Origin: an uncultured Methanosarcinales archaeon
GTDB taxonomy: Archaea; Nanobdellota; Nanobdellia; Woesearchaeales; JACPBV01
Direction: 5' to 3'
DNA length: 43,649 nt
Assembly (NCBI GenBank): GCA_964492935.1
Contig: CAZBLF010000006.1
Coordinates: 1-43,649 of the forward strand
This document shows positions 17,513 to 27,986 of this stretch, one piece after another. The translations under genes were made by a program, and so were the position numbers. The notes under the pieces were generated by a model. That model was given only the letters and a program-made list of their open reading frames with translations, did not search any database and was not told the origin of the DNA. The stretch's first letter is position 1; each line of letters opens with the position of its first letter.

Positions 17513-17625
17513 ATGTAGTCACTCATTATCTAAATATTTAAATGTTTCTAATAGAAAGCAGTACCAGAATAATTTGCAAAAACTATTTAAAGGAGATTAT
17601 TAAAAGTATTAATATTGCTACTAGT

Positions 17626-17817
17626 ATGAAAAATAATAACGAACCTAAATTCATGGGCAAGGCCAAATTAACCAAGCAAGGCCAAGTTACGCTACCCAGA
17701 GAGGCAAGAAGAGCACTCAATATCGAAGAGGAGTCAGAAATCTTCTGGTACCAGGTAAAAAACACCTTAATCGCAGTCAAAGATCTGGTAGCAACCAAAG
17801 ATTTGAAAATTAAATAA
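17626..17817 (+). CDS. AbrB/MazE/SpoVT-family DNA-binding protein
   Basis: KLTKQGQVTLPREARRALNIEE motif. Confidence 0.85.
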   Translation: MKNNNEPKFMGKAKLTKQGQVTLPREARRALNIEEESEIFWYQVKNTLIAVKDLVATKDLKIK

Positions 17818-17818
17818 T

Positions 17819-19678
17819 ATGGTATTCGACAACCCGATAGGAATATATGCGCTCGCAGCAATCATCCCCTTCATCATTATCTATTTGATTAAACCTCGAC
17901 ACTACGAACAAGAAATTCCATCATTAATGTTTATCATGAACCAACAGTCAAAATCCAAAGCAACAGCATTCCTCAAAAAGTGGCTAAAAAACCTACTCTT
18001 CTTCATCCAACTCTTCGCAATTCTCGGACTAGCATTCGCAGCTGCAGAACCGTGGTTCACCATCCCACATTCCGTATTAATCAACAACGCCGTCATCGTC
18101 CTAGATGGATCAGCCAGCATGCTCACCGAACAAGGAGGATCAACGAGATTCGACCAAGCCGTTGACGAAGCAAAACAACAGCTCGGACTCAAGAACACCG
18201 TCATTTTCGCCGCAGAAATCCCTCTAATCTTAGTAGAACGAGGAAGCAGAAGCGAAGCTCTTGAAGCATTGAGAAAAGCAAAGGCCAAAGCGGCAGGCAC
18301 GAACTTAGGGGATGCAATAGTACTTGCAGATGATCTGATCGGAAACGAGAAAGCCGTCGTTACCATCCTCAGCGACTTCATCGCAACAGGCGGCAGCGAC
18401 ATCCTCCTAGCAAAGCAAGCACTTGCCAGCAAAGGAAATGCCGTTAACATCGTCAACGTGTATGAACCCGCAAATAACATCGGCATCGTCGGATTAGAAG
18501 TCGATCTCAAAGAGACCATCGCAACGATTCGCAGCTACGACGACAAGACAATCACCACCACTCTCAAAGTCAAGCAACAAACTACAACCACCGAAAAAAC
18601 CATCGAACTCGAACCGTTCGCAACAGAGAAAGTTATCATCTCCACACCGATCGGAGCATCCACACTAACGCTTGACTACAAAGACGATCTGGAAATGGAT
18701 AACGAAGTCTACCTCTCCACTCCAACCAGCGGCAACCTCGAAATACTCCTCATTACAAGTTACCCAGAAAAAAGTAAAATTAAATCAGCTCTCCAGGCAC
18801 GTTCCGATATCAATGTAGTAGTACGCCAACCACCCACCATCAACGTCAACAATCTCAAGCAAGACGTCGTCATTATCAATGATATCGATCCCGATCTCTT
18901 CGTCCCCACTGATTTACGTGACATTCATAAGTATGTAGAAAAAGGAGGAACCCTCATCATCACCTCGCAACCCGGTCTCGATACCATAAAAGAAATGATA
19001 GATAAACAAAAGGTGCCCGCGCTCCTACCCATAAACTTACAATCGTATAACGACGCTCAAACCACGGTCTGCGCAGACCTACTTGGCAAGATTTTCAACA
19101 AAGACCCGTTCGCTGATGAGCCGTGCTTCTCCACCCTCAGCACCTACTGGAAAGCAAATAATCAAAACGGAACCATTACACTCGCATCCACAAGAAACGA
19201 TAACAGCCCGATGCTAGTCACGTCAAAATTAGGCGCAGGAAACGTCATCTACTACGGCATTATTGATAATACAGCAGGATTCTTCAACGATCCCTTCTAT
19301 CCTATCTTCTGGAGCAATCTCATCAATACAGTATTGGGAACCGAAAGCATCCAGGAGTTCAATAAACGGAGCGGCGAGGTCATCGCCATCGGCAAACAAA
19401 TCGTAAAAACACCCACCTTCATCACCAATGCCGAAACACTATTCCTCGACGAAGTAGGATTCTATGAATTCAACGACAAAAAAATAGCAGTAAATCTACT
19501 TAATCCAGATGAATCGAACATCGGTAGACCCCCCGTCAACATCGAGGGACAATCTACGCTTCCCGGAACGAAATCTACTTCCTCCGACCGTTTCGATTTC
19601 GCGCTCCCACTCCTGACACTAGCACTCTTCCTCTTCATCCTCGAGTCAGCAATCCTCAAACGGCGAGGCGATCTCTAA
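17819..19678 (+). CDS. BatA-N/VWA-domain membrane protein
   Basis: IIIYLIKPR...IPSLMF BatA-type N-terminus; DGSASM MIDAS; ILSD; C-terminal TM. Confidence 0.85.
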   Translation: MVFDNPIGIYALAAIIPFIIIYLIKPRHYEQEIPSLMFIMNQQSKSKATAFLKKWLKNLLFFIQLFAILGLAFAAAEPWFTIPHSVLINNAVIVLDGSASMLTEQGGSTRFDQAVDEAKQQLGLKNTVIFAAEIPLILVERGSRSEALEALRKAKAKAAGTNLGDAIVLADDLIGNEKAVVTILSDFIATGGSDILLAKQALASKGNAVNIVNVYEPANNIGIVGLEVDLKETIATIRSYDDKTITTTLKVKQQTTTTEKTIELEPFATEKVIISTPIGASTLTLDYKDDLEMDNEVYLSTPTSGNLEILLITSYPEKSKIKSALQARSDINVVVRQPPTINVNNLKQDVVIINDIDPDLFVPTDLRDIHKYVEKGGTLIITSQPGLDTIKEMIDKQKVPALLPINLQSYNDAQTTVCADLLGKIFNKDPFADEPCFSTLSTYWKANNQNGTITLASTRNDNSPMLVTSKLGAGNVIYYGIIDNTAGFFNDPFYPIFWSNLINTVLGTESIQEFNKRSGEVIAIGKQIVKTPTFITNAETLFLDEVGFYEFNDKKIAVNLLNPDESNIGRPPVNIEGQSTLPGTKSTSSDRFDFALPLLTLALFLFILESAILKRRGDL

Positions 19679-22080
19679 TGTTAGATAAATTGTGCTGGCA
19701 AGGCTACTGCCTCAGCAATCCAAAAGTCATGATCTATGCCATACCCCTCATCATCGCCCTAGCAATTGCGATGCAAATAACCTTCATGCGCTTCAAAACG
19801 AAGGACGAAAGAAAGAATCACGTCGCAGAGCGAAGAGTAGACAGAATTATCTTTACCATCTTGCAATCACTCATCTTCCTCCTCATTCTCATTGCAATTG
19901 CAACGCCTTACACCATCAAACAAACCACAACACAAGGAGACCCCTCTCTGACTATCCTCATAGACAACTCCACCTCATTTGAGTTATTTGATGGCTCCGT
20001 CGCTTCCTCCATCAAAACCCAATTAGAGCAATATTTCCCAGTCACTGTCAGCACCATCGCTCGCGGCACATCCTCTCCCATCGGCGATGCCATCGCCAGA
20101 AATGCGAAGGGAGACGATAATATTCTAGTAATTTCCGATGGACAATCAAATCAGGGGCGCGATCTTGGTGATATAGCACTCTTCTCCTCGCTCCTTAACA
20201 CCACCATCCACACCCTCAAACTAAACCCGGTAAAGGAGGATGCATCCGTATCCATTAGCGGTCCCTCCCAAGTCATTGTACGAAACGAAGCCTACTTCAA
20301 TGTCCAGGTTACCAAGGTCGGATCCATCAACGCACCCCTAGATGTGTTCGTAGATGGCGCTCAAGTCGACGTCGATAAAGACGGAAACTTCCTTTGGAGA
20401 TTTTCTCTAGGATCACACAAAATTACAGCGAGAATCAAACCAGGAGCAAATGATCATTTCAAAGAGAATAACGTCTTCTACAAATCAGTTACCGCTGTCC
20501 CCCGGCCCAAATTGCTGTCCGTTCAAAACGAGGAAAATCCGTTACACGAAGCACTTGCACGAGTCTATGATGTCACCTCAGCGAGCACCATCCCCTCCAC
20601 CCTCGCCGCGTACAACGCAGTCCTGCTTGACAATCTTAATGTCAATTCCATCACCAACACCATGGTAGATACGCTCGCAGCCTACACCGGAGATCTCGGC
20701 AAAGGGATCATTGTCGTCGGAGGAGACAATGCATTTGACAAAGGAAATTATAAAGGAAGCTATCTCGAGTCCATTCTGCCAGCCCAAGTCGGCGTCGGCG
20801 AGAGATCTTCAGGATCAGACACCAACGTCGTTGTGGTCATCGATATTTCAGAAAGCACCGGAGCAGAATTCTCCGGTTCCAGCGAAAACGCCAAGATAAA
20901 AGTAGAGAAGGCACTAGCCATCAACATTCTCCAAAGCCTATCCGATGAAACACACATCGGAGTCGTCGCATTTAACCATCTAGGATACGTCCTTGCACGA
21001 TTAGATGCACGCGCCAATCACTGGAATATCTCAAACAAAATAGCATCGCTCAGAAATACGGGAGGCACCCTCGTCTACGGCGGCTTAAGAAAAGCCGAAT
21101 CACTCTTTAAAGGACGAACAGGGAGTAAGAATGTTATCTTGATTTCCGATGGCGTAACCCAGCAAGCCAATTCAGCATTCCGAAAGGCAACCGAAATGGC
21201 CGAGCAGGGAATCAGAATCCATACGATCGGTGTAGGAGGCAATACCGACGAACAATTCATGAAATCGCTAGCCGCAAAAGGAGGAGGACTCTACTTTAAA
21301 CCAGACGAAGCCTCTCGAATAAATATCCTGGTAGGCGATGCCCCAGAAGAAAGTCCAGACAACATGAATCTCATTATTGTAGACGACAATCACTGGATCA
21401 CCAAAGGCAATATAGAATTAAAAGCAAAAGTATCCGGCCACAACTTCATCCTTCCAAAATCATCCGGACGTAAGCTAGTAACAACGGACAACGACCGCTC
21501 CATAATGATTGCAGGACGCTTCGGTCTCGGAAGAATCGTAGCACTGGCAACCGACGATGGCAGCAAATGGTCAGGTCAGCTCCTGAGCAGAGCAAATTCA
21601 AAACTGATAACAAGAGCCGTCAACTGGGCCATCGGCGATTTCACCAAAGATATTGATGGAGACGTTCGCGCTCAGGACACCTATCTCGGCAAACCGACCC
21701 AAGTACGTATTATTTCATCGACCCAACCCGAGGCAGCTGGCGTTGAGTTCATCAAAATAGACGCCGGAAAGTATACTGCAACCCTCACTCCCGAAAATAC
21801 CGGGTTCGCCCGCGTCTTAGACACGAATATCGCAGTCAACGACTATGAAGAATATTATAAACTAGGAATCAACCCCCAACTTATCGAACTAGCAACTATA
21901 TCTGGAGGCACCATTTTTGATCCGAATGACATTGAAGCGATGAAAAATATCGTTATCCAAAGTTCCAAACGCACCAGAATAGAGACACAAAACGCACGTC
22001 TGCCCCTGATTATTGCAGCGCTCATACTATTCTTACTCAATCTAATCATACGAAGGATAAGGGAGAATAAAGGAGGATGA
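19678..22080 (+). CDS. Membrane protein with two VWA domains and a GATase-like domain
   Basis: DNSTSF and DISEST MIDAS-like motifs; ISDG twice; VVGGDNAF...LESILP; TM helices at both ends. Confidence 0.85.
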   Translation: MLDKLCWQGYCLSNPKVMIYAIPLIIALAIAMQITFMRFKTKDERKNHVAERRVDRIIFTILQSLIFLLILIAIATPYTIKQTTTQGDPSLTILIDNSTSFELFDGSVASSIKTQLEQYFPVTVSTIARGTSSPIGDAIARNAKGDDNILVISDGQSNQGRDLGDIALFSSLLNTTIHTLKLNPVKEDASVSISGPSQVIVRNEAYFNVQVTKVGSINAPLDVFVDGAQVDVDKDGNFLWRFSLGSHKITARIKPGANDHFKENNVFYKSVTAVPRPKLLSVQNEENPLHEALARVYDVTSASTIPSTLAAYNAVLLDNLNVNSITNTMVDTLAAYTGDLGKGIIVVGGDNAFDKGNYKGSYLESILPAQVGVGERSSGSDTNVVVVIDISESTGAEFSGSSENAKIKVEKALAINILQSLSDETHIGVVAFNHLGYVLARLDARANHWNISNKIASLRNTGGTLVYGGLRKAESLFKGRTGSKNVILISDGVTQQANSAFRKATEMAEQGIRIHTIGVGGNTDEQFMKSLAAKGGGLYFKPDEASRINILVGDAPEESPDNMNLIIVDDNHWITKGNIELKAKVSGHNFILPKSSGRKLVTTDNDRSIMIAGRFGLGRIVALATDDGSKWSGQLLSRANSKLITRAVNWAIGDFTKDIDGDVRAQDTYLGKPTQVRIISSTQPEAAGVEFIKIDAGKYTATLTPENTGFARVLDTNIAVNDYEEYYKLGINPQLIELATISGGTIFDPNDIEAMKNIVIQSSKRTRIETQNARLPLIIAALILFLLNLIIRRIRENKGG

Positions 22081-22084
22081 TAGC

Positions 22085-22567
22085 ATGGCAATACTAAAAA
22101 GAGATGTAAATTTTATATTTTTTATTCTGATCATTATCACCGTGGTCAGCTTTGCGGGGTTCACAACTTATTATGAAGCCTCGTTTCGGAACATCAGCAA
22201 CGAGTACGATACGAAAATTGCCGAATTAACCGACGTAACACAAGATCTGCTAGAAAAGAAAACCATCCTCACCGAAACCAATCAAGAATTAGATAAAACT
22301 AAGGAGCAAGTATTGGGACGAGAAAAACTCTATGACGATCTCCGCGATGAACGCGATGATCTTTTTGCAGAACGAGACGCACTCAAAGAAAATCTGTTCC
22401 AAACCAAAGCCGAACTCTCTCAAAAAATCGCCCAGGTCTCAGATCTGAGCGCCCAGGTCGTGACACTGGACAACAAAGTAGATGATCTCCAAGAGGAAGT
22501 CGAAGAATGGAAAGATAAACGAAATGAATGTGAAGATGTTGCCGAAGGACTAGGAGGATCTTGCTAA
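22085..22567 (+). CDS. Membrane-anchored coiled-coil protein
   Basis: N-terminal TM followed by a heptad-rich helix. Confidence 0.8.
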   Translation: MAILKRDVNFIFFILIIITVVSFAGFTTYYEASFRNISNEYDTKIAELTDVTQDLLEKKTILTETNQELDKTKEQVLGREKLYDDLRDERDDLFAERDALKENLFQTKAELSQKIAQVSDLSAQVVTLDNKVDDLQEEVEEWKDKRNECEDVAEGLGGSC

Positions 22568-22569
22568 GG

Positions 22570-23352
22570 ATGAACCTATTCAAGAAGGCACTCAAGGAAG
22601 TAAACGCCATCCTAGACGAAGTCCTCATCTTCAATACTATTCTCAATAGTATTTTGGTCTTCCTGGGCACCTACATTATTCTCATGCTGCTCAACCTTAA
22701 TCCGTGGTGGTCCCTCTTCGCAGCACTCGGATATCTGATTTATGTACTTCATAAAGACATCACCAAAAGCAAGCTAGGTATGGTTGAAACCGCGTACGCC
22801 CCATTATACGAACGCCTCTCTACTGCTGCCGACAACGCCGATCGCGAAAACGAAATGGTGGAAGAGCTCAAGAAGGAAGTAGTCCATCATCTCCATAAAG
22901 TACCGGTCTCATCCTTTGTAAAAGTACGCAAAGTATCTGGGAAAATACTCGCATCAGTCCTGCTGTGTTTCGGTATCTTATTAGTTGCCATCTACAACAT
23001 TAATCTTGGCGCATTAGATATCGATCTCGCCCAAAGCCTCCAAAGCATCATGGCGACCGGCGATGGCGGCGATGGCGCAGGATTAGAAGGAGTAGCCGGA
23101 CAATCAGAGGGCGGCGACATCTTCGGCGAGGAGGACGTAGCAGAACTAGGCACCCGAGAACTACAAATGACCATCAAACAAGCATCTACCGAAGTCGTGT
23201 CGTCCTTTATAGACGATCCTCCCAATCAAGACTTCGAAGAGACGTTTCCCGACGAAGTCTTTGCGGAATCCGCTGGAAGCTTCGAGGAAAAAATCAGCAG
23301 CCAACACCAAAAACTCGTAAAAGAATACTTTAAGGAGTTGGCGAAGGGATAA
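22570..23352 (+). CDS. Hypothetical membrane protein with acidic tail (MoxR/VWA cluster)
   Basis: Three TM segments, ERLSTAADN motif, acidic C-terminus ending VKEYFKELAK. Confidence 0.75.
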   Translation: MNLFKKALKEVNAILDEVLIFNTILNSILVFLGTYIILMLLNLNPWWSLFAALGYLIYVLHKDITKSKLGMVETAYAPLYERLSTAADNADRENEMVEELKKEVVHHLHKVPVSSFVKVRKVSGKILASVLLCFGILLVAIYNINLGALDIDLAQSLQSIMATGDGGDGAGLEGVAGQSEGGDIFGEEDVAELGTRELQMTIKQASTEVVSSFIDDPPNQDFEETFPDEVFAESAGSFEEKISSQHQKLVKEYFKELAKG

Positions 23353-23354
23353 TC

Positions 23355-23430
23355 ATCAACACCGACGCCCAATGAGGTGCATGGGTTCCAATGTATGGAA
23401 CTCATAATTGCACCGTGCCTCGGTGTTGAT
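23355..23430 (+). other. Long imperfect intergenic hairpin
   Basis: Nested stems ATCAACACCGA/TCGGTGTTGAT, GGTGCA/TGCACC and TGGGTTCCA/TGGAACTCA. Confidence 0.7.
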
Positions 23431-23482
23431 TAAGGCAATAAAAAAGTTTAAATAGAACAAATAACAAATTGAGGTGTACCCC

Positions 23483-24421
23483 ATGACAAAAAGTTACAAA
23501 CCGGTTTTCGATTCACTTTTCAAGGAAGTGAGCAAAGTCATCGTAGGTCAGAGAGATTTGATCGAACAAATGATGGTAGCTATTCTCTGCGACAGTAACG
23601 CGCTCTTAGAAGGATATCCTGGATTAGCTAAAACTCTAGCCGTTAGAACGCTATCCGAAGTTCTCGATCTAAAGTATTCAAGAATCCAAAACACTCCTGA
23701 TCTGATGCCCTCCGACATCACAGGCACATTCATCATCGAGGAATCGGGTGGAAAAAGAAATTTCAGATTCCAACCCGGCCCTATCTTCGCAAATATTGTA
23801 CTGGCAGACGAGATTAATCGAGCAACACCTAAATCACAATCCGCATTATTAGAAGCGATGCAGGAAAAGCAAGTCACCGTCGGTGATAAGACCTACAAAC
23901 TAGATCTTCCTTTTTTCGTGTTAGCAACCCAAAACCCAATTGACCAGGAAGGAACCTACCCTCTGCCCGAGGCGCAGGCAGACCGATTCCTGATTAAAAT
24001 CAAGGTAGAGTATCCCAATCCGGAAGAGGAGTCAAAAATTATCGATATGTTTACCTCCAAGTCCGACAAACCCAAATTAAAGAAGATCCTCACCAAGACG
24101 CAATTACTCCACCTCCAGGAGAAAACACGCGAGATACCCATCTCAAATGATCTCAAAAAGAGAGTGGTCCATCTCATCGCGGCAACCAGATCAGAAAAAG
24201 CACTCATTTCCTATGGTGCATCGCCGCGAGCATCGATAGGACTAATATTAGCATCAAAGGCACGCGCATTGATACAAGGTCGCAACTTCGTCTCCAAAGA
24301 AGACATCGAATCCATGGCCTATCCGGTATTACGACATAGAATCATACTCAACTTTGAAGCCGAACGAAAAGGCATGTCACAAGAGGATGCAATCAAGCAA
24401 CTCTTGAGCAAAGTGAAATGA
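23483..24421 (+). CDS. moxR: MoxR family AAA+ ATPase
   Basis: GYPGLAKT Walker A, LADEINRA Walker B, ATQNPIDQEGTYPLPEAQADRF; GAGGTG RBS at 23471-23476. Confidence 0.95.
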   Translation: MTKSYKPVFDSLFKEVSKVIVGQRDLIEQMMVAILCDSNALLEGYPGLAKTLAVRTLSEVLDLKYSRIQNTPDLMPSDITGTFIIEESGGKRNFRFQPGPIFANIVLADEINRATPKSQSALLEAMQEKQVTVGDKTYKLDLPFFVLATQNPIDQEGTYPLPEAQADRFLIKIKVEYPNPEEESKIIDMFTSKSDKPKLKKILTKTQLLHLQEKTREIPISNDLKKRVVHLIAATRSEKALISYGASPRASIGLILASKARALIQGRNFVSKEDIESMAYPVLRHRIILNFEAERKGMSQEDAIKQLLSKVK

Positions 24422-25266
24422 TTGAAACCAAGTTCTTGAAACAGCTCGACAAGTTTAGTTTAGTAATTAAGAAACGAGTCACGTCCAGCTATCTCGGACA
24501 GCGAAGATCCATCGCGGGCGGCCGAGGCATCCTCTTTCGTGATCACCGAATCTATGCTCCAGGCGACGACATCAGAGCAATCGACTGGAAAGTCTACGCC
24601 CGCACAGATGATCTCTATATTAAGAACTACGAAGAGGAACGCAATGCAACCGTCCATGTCATCGTCGACCAATCCGGATCCATGAACTTCGGCAAGCAGG
24701 TAAAGAAATTTGAGTACGCAGCCCAGCTGGGGATTGGCTTTGCCTATTTAGCGACGCAGGAAAACGAAAAGCTTCAATTTAGTACCTTTGCCGAGTCTCT
24801 CAAAATATTCCAACCAAAGCGAGGAATGGGACATCTGATGACGATGGTAGACCATCTCAACAAAATCAAAGCACAAGGTCATTCTCGTATGAATGAGGCA
24901 CTCATGCAATACAAGAAAGCTATCGCCAGCAAGTCAATCATCATCCTCATCTCAGACTTTCTCATATCGCAGGAAGAGATTACCGAGGTACTCTACCGGA
25001 TATCGAATCATGACGTAAAGGTCATCCAGGTCCTCGATCCCGTAGAAAAGGCACTTAAATTCCAAGGAGATTTCAAGCTAAAAGATGCCGAATCAGGAAC
25101 CAAACAAAAAGTCCATATCAGCCAACGAACACGTCAACAATATATGAATCAGATGGAGCAACATACACTGAAGATCGAGGCAACCTGCGGCAAGCTAGGG
25201 ATGCAATTCTTCAGTTTAACTTCAGATACTCCCGTTTTCGATGCATTCTACCAACTTCTTAGCTGA
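24418..25266 (+). CDS. DUF58 domain protein
   Basis: FRDHRIYAPGDDIRAIDWKVYART, DQSGSM, ISDF. Confidence 0.93.
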   Translation: MIETKFLKQLDKFSLVIKKRVTSSYLGQRRSIAGGRGILFRDHRIYAPGDDIRAIDWKVYARTDDLYIKNYEEERNATVHVIVDQSGSMNFGKQVKKFEYAAQLGIGFAYLATQENEKLQFSTFAESLKIFQPKRGMGHLMTMVDHLNKIKAQGHSRMNEALMQYKKAIASKSIIILISDFLISQEEITEVLYRISNHDVKVIQVLDPVEKALKFQGDFKLKDAESGTKQKVHISQRTRQQYMNQMEQHTLKIEATCGKLGMQFFSLTSDTPVFDAFYQLLS

Positions 25267-25448
25267 GACGGTCACCGTCAGTAAATAACACTCAAAAATA
25301 GATACTCTCCAACCTATAGTTTACAGAACAACCATTTACCGTAACCTTTAAATACGAAACTTGAAGATACTACTGATAGAGTCCCATTTATAGAGGATTC
25401 CAGTAAAGATAGCCAATAAAACAGACGACACTAGGAGGTGTTTAGAGC

Positions 25449-27947
25449 ATGAAATTAAGAAAAGCAGTAAAGAAAATCATTGCCCTTGGTACAGGTGCAA
25501 CAATGATCGGCGCAACATTAGGCGCAGGTGCATTTGCAGCAGACCTTAGTGACTACCCAGAACCATTCGTCAAGGATGGAAAATTCTCAGGATTACTTGT
25601 CGTGGGAGACAAGGCAGCAGCAGAAGACGTTGTAGGTGTTTCAGACATTGCAATCAGTCTACAGTTCGCAGCAACCAAAAAATCCGGAGCAAGCAAATCA
25701 ACCGCTTCCGTTGAAGGAGATGTTTGGAGAGTAGGTACGTCATCCAAGAAATTGGAAATGGCTGAAAACGTTGATACCATAATCGACGGAGAAAACCTAA
25801 GAAACATCACCACCTCTATCGACGAACAGGAACTATCCGGTCTAGCCGACGGTGAAATTACCACCGAAAAAGGCAGAGCTGGCTACAACCAGTACCTGAA
25901 CTTCGGAAACCTAATCAAGTCCAACACAAAGGGATCTGGTTATGTGCAGTTCTTAGAAAACGACGACGACGTAGCAGCTGACTTCTTCTATGTAAGAAGC
26001 TCAGAAGAAATCGCTAGATACTCTCTTGAGTTCAAGCAATCGCTAAAGTCCGATGTTGAAGACAGCACGGGTGCAAAAGCAACCACAGGACTCTTCCTTG
26101 GAGACCTAGAAGACGAAACCTTGACCATCATGGGCCAAGAATACACCATCGTAAAAGCACGAAGAACAAGTGCAGCAGGAAGTTCAGTTGAACTAACTTT
26201 GATGGGCGGCGCTTCAAAAGATAGCTTAGAAGAAGGAGAAACGAAAACCTACACCCTTGCAGGCGTAGACTACGAAGTAACCGTAACCGCAATCACCGAC
26301 ACCGGAACGATCTATGCAAAGTTCTCCGTTAACGGAGAATCAACCAGATCACTACGAGACGGAGAAACCACCACACTATCTGATGGAACACAAATTGGTG
26401 TAACCGATTTGATCCCTAACGAAGCTGGTGACGTAACCCCTGACCTTGTAGAGTTCTACATCGGAGCTGACAAGCTATTCTTGAAGGACACAAAAGTGTC
26501 TGACACCGCATCCTCGAATTCAATGGAAGTTGGAAACGAAGATATCGATGACGTAAACGTTATCATCACAGGAACCGATGACAACACCACGTTCAACATC
26601 GACAGCATTCAGCTAAACGTGACAGCAGACGACGATTACTACGTTGCAGCTGGCCACAAACTATCTGAATACATGGACGAGCCTGAAGGATTAGTAGGTT
26701 GGGACATCATGTACTCTGGTTTAGAAGACGTTGAAACCGAAACCATCAGAATCAAGACCTCTGGTTCAGACCAGTATGATCTTGTATTCGTAGACGGTGA
26801 CGGAAACTCCGCAACCATTCCTATTGCGTACTCCGCAAGCGGAGCCAACCTGATTCAGGGAGACAGCAATGACGTTTTGGTCTTGAACGGATCACAGGCC
26901 ATTGCGAAAAACGATTATTTCGTTGTTTCCGATGTGAACCAGGACGATGGAGAACGAAGAAGCTACGCTCTTCGTTACAAGGGAGCTGACAAGGTACAGT
27001 CTGGAGAAACGGCAAGCGTTAAATTCGACAACCTAGGAACAGGTAAGAGAATTGAAAAGACGTTCACCAACCAGGTTGGAGATACAGCAGACGCTGAGTT
27101 GAAACTTGGAGGAGCAACCTTCAACGTTCTTAACGCATCCGACCACACAGAAAACGACTTTAAGATTCGAGTCGACCTGGATGGAGACGGTACAACCCTA
27201 ACCGACACCGACAACATTGCTATCAACACCGAAGCTGGTCTGAAGATTGTAGTCAACAACAACACGTTGAACGCATCTCACATCCTGGTAACATTAAGCA
27301 CACCGAACTCGAACGACTATGATAATGTTGTTCCAAATGATGTGGTTATGAACCTAACAGCAGCTTCTGGCGAAGTAGCATTTGGTGAAGCTTCAACCAG
27401 CACCATCAACTTCGTTGCCCCTTCAGAGGAAACGAACGTTCGATACGCATACACCAGTATGGGTGCAAAGGTTAAGTGGGACAACCCAACCAACGATCCT
27501 GACCAGTTAACTATCTGGTACCCAAAGCAGCAGAGACTACCTCAGGTATTCGTTGTTGCTGAAGGCGGTTCAGTTTCATCTGGTTCTTCGGAATCAGTTG
27601 AGTCGGTAACCATCAGCAGAATCGATGTAGGTGCAACCAAATTAGCATCAGAAGTTGGCAGCGTAGGAGCACAAAACGTCATCCTTGTAGGAGGACCTTG
27701 TGCAAACGCAGCTTCCGCTGAAGCTAAAGGTAACCCTGAAGACTGTGCAGCAGATTACGAACCTGGAAAGGCTCTAATCGAATTAGTTGACACAGGCGCA
27801 GGTAACTGGGCACTTGTTGTAGCTGGATACTCAGCAGGCGATACAAGAACGGCAACTTCCGTTGTTGCAAACGCAGGCGACTACAACCTTCAAGGATTGA
27901 AGGCTGAAGTAACCACAGCAACCAGCACCGTAAGAGAAGTCAGCTAA
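25449..27947 (+). CDS. S-layer protein, copy 1
   Basis: KKIIALGTGATMIGATLGAGAFAADLSDYPEPF N-terminus and NVILVGGPCAN...VVAGYSAGDT C-terminus, as in Methanococcus/DPANN-type S-layer proteins; acidic; GGAGGTG RBS. Confidence 0.9.
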   Translation: MKLRKAVKKIIALGTGATMIGATLGAGAFAADLSDYPEPFVKDGKFSGLLVVGDKAAAEDVVGVSDIAISLQFAATKKSGASKSTASVEGDVWRVGTSSKKLEMAENVDTIIDGENLRNITTSIDEQELSGLADGEITTEKGRAGYNQYLNFGNLIKSNTKGSGYVQFLENDDDVAADFFYVRSSEEIARYSLEFKQSLKSDVEDSTGAKATTGLFLGDLEDETLTIMGQEYTIVKARRTSAAGSSVELTLMGGASKDSLEEGETKTYTLAGVDYEVTVTAITDTGTIYAKFSVNGESTRSLRDGETTTLSDGTQIGVTDLIPNEAGDVTPDLVEFYIGADKLFLKDTKVSDTASSNSMEVGNEDIDDVNVIITGTDDNTTFNIDSIQLNVTADDDYYVAAGHKLSEYMDEPEGLVGWDIMYSGLEDVETETIRIKTSGSDQYDLVFVDGDGNSATIPIAYSASGANLIQGDSNDVLVLNGSQAIAKNDYFVVSDVNQDDGERRSYALRYKGADKVQSGETASVKFDNLGTGKRIEKTFTNQVGDTADAELKLGGATFNVLNASDHTENDFKIRVDLDGDGTTLTDTDNIAINTEAGLKIVVNNNTLNASHILVTLSTPNSNDYDNVVPNDVVMNLTAASGEVAFGEASTSTINFVAPSEETNVRYAYTSMGAKVKWDNPTNDPDQLTIWYPKQQRLPQVFVVAEGGSVSSGSSESVESVTISRIDVGATKLASEVGSVGAQNVILVGGPCANAASAEAKGNPEDCAADYEPGKALIELVDTGAGNWALVVAGYSAGDTRTATSVVANAGDYNLQGLKAEVTTATSTVREVS

Positions 27948-27957
27948 CGCTGAATTC

Positions 27958-27986
27958 TTTTTTTCTTTTTTTTCTTTTATTTTTTT
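27958..27986 (+). terminator. Oligo-T terminator
   Basis: Three T tracts directly after the stop. Confidence 0.75.

Noticed and set aside
25370..25405. Hairpin in the S-layer 5' UTR as a riboswitch
   Set aside because: It is a simple stem with no alternative fold, and structured leaders are common for S-layer mRNAs.
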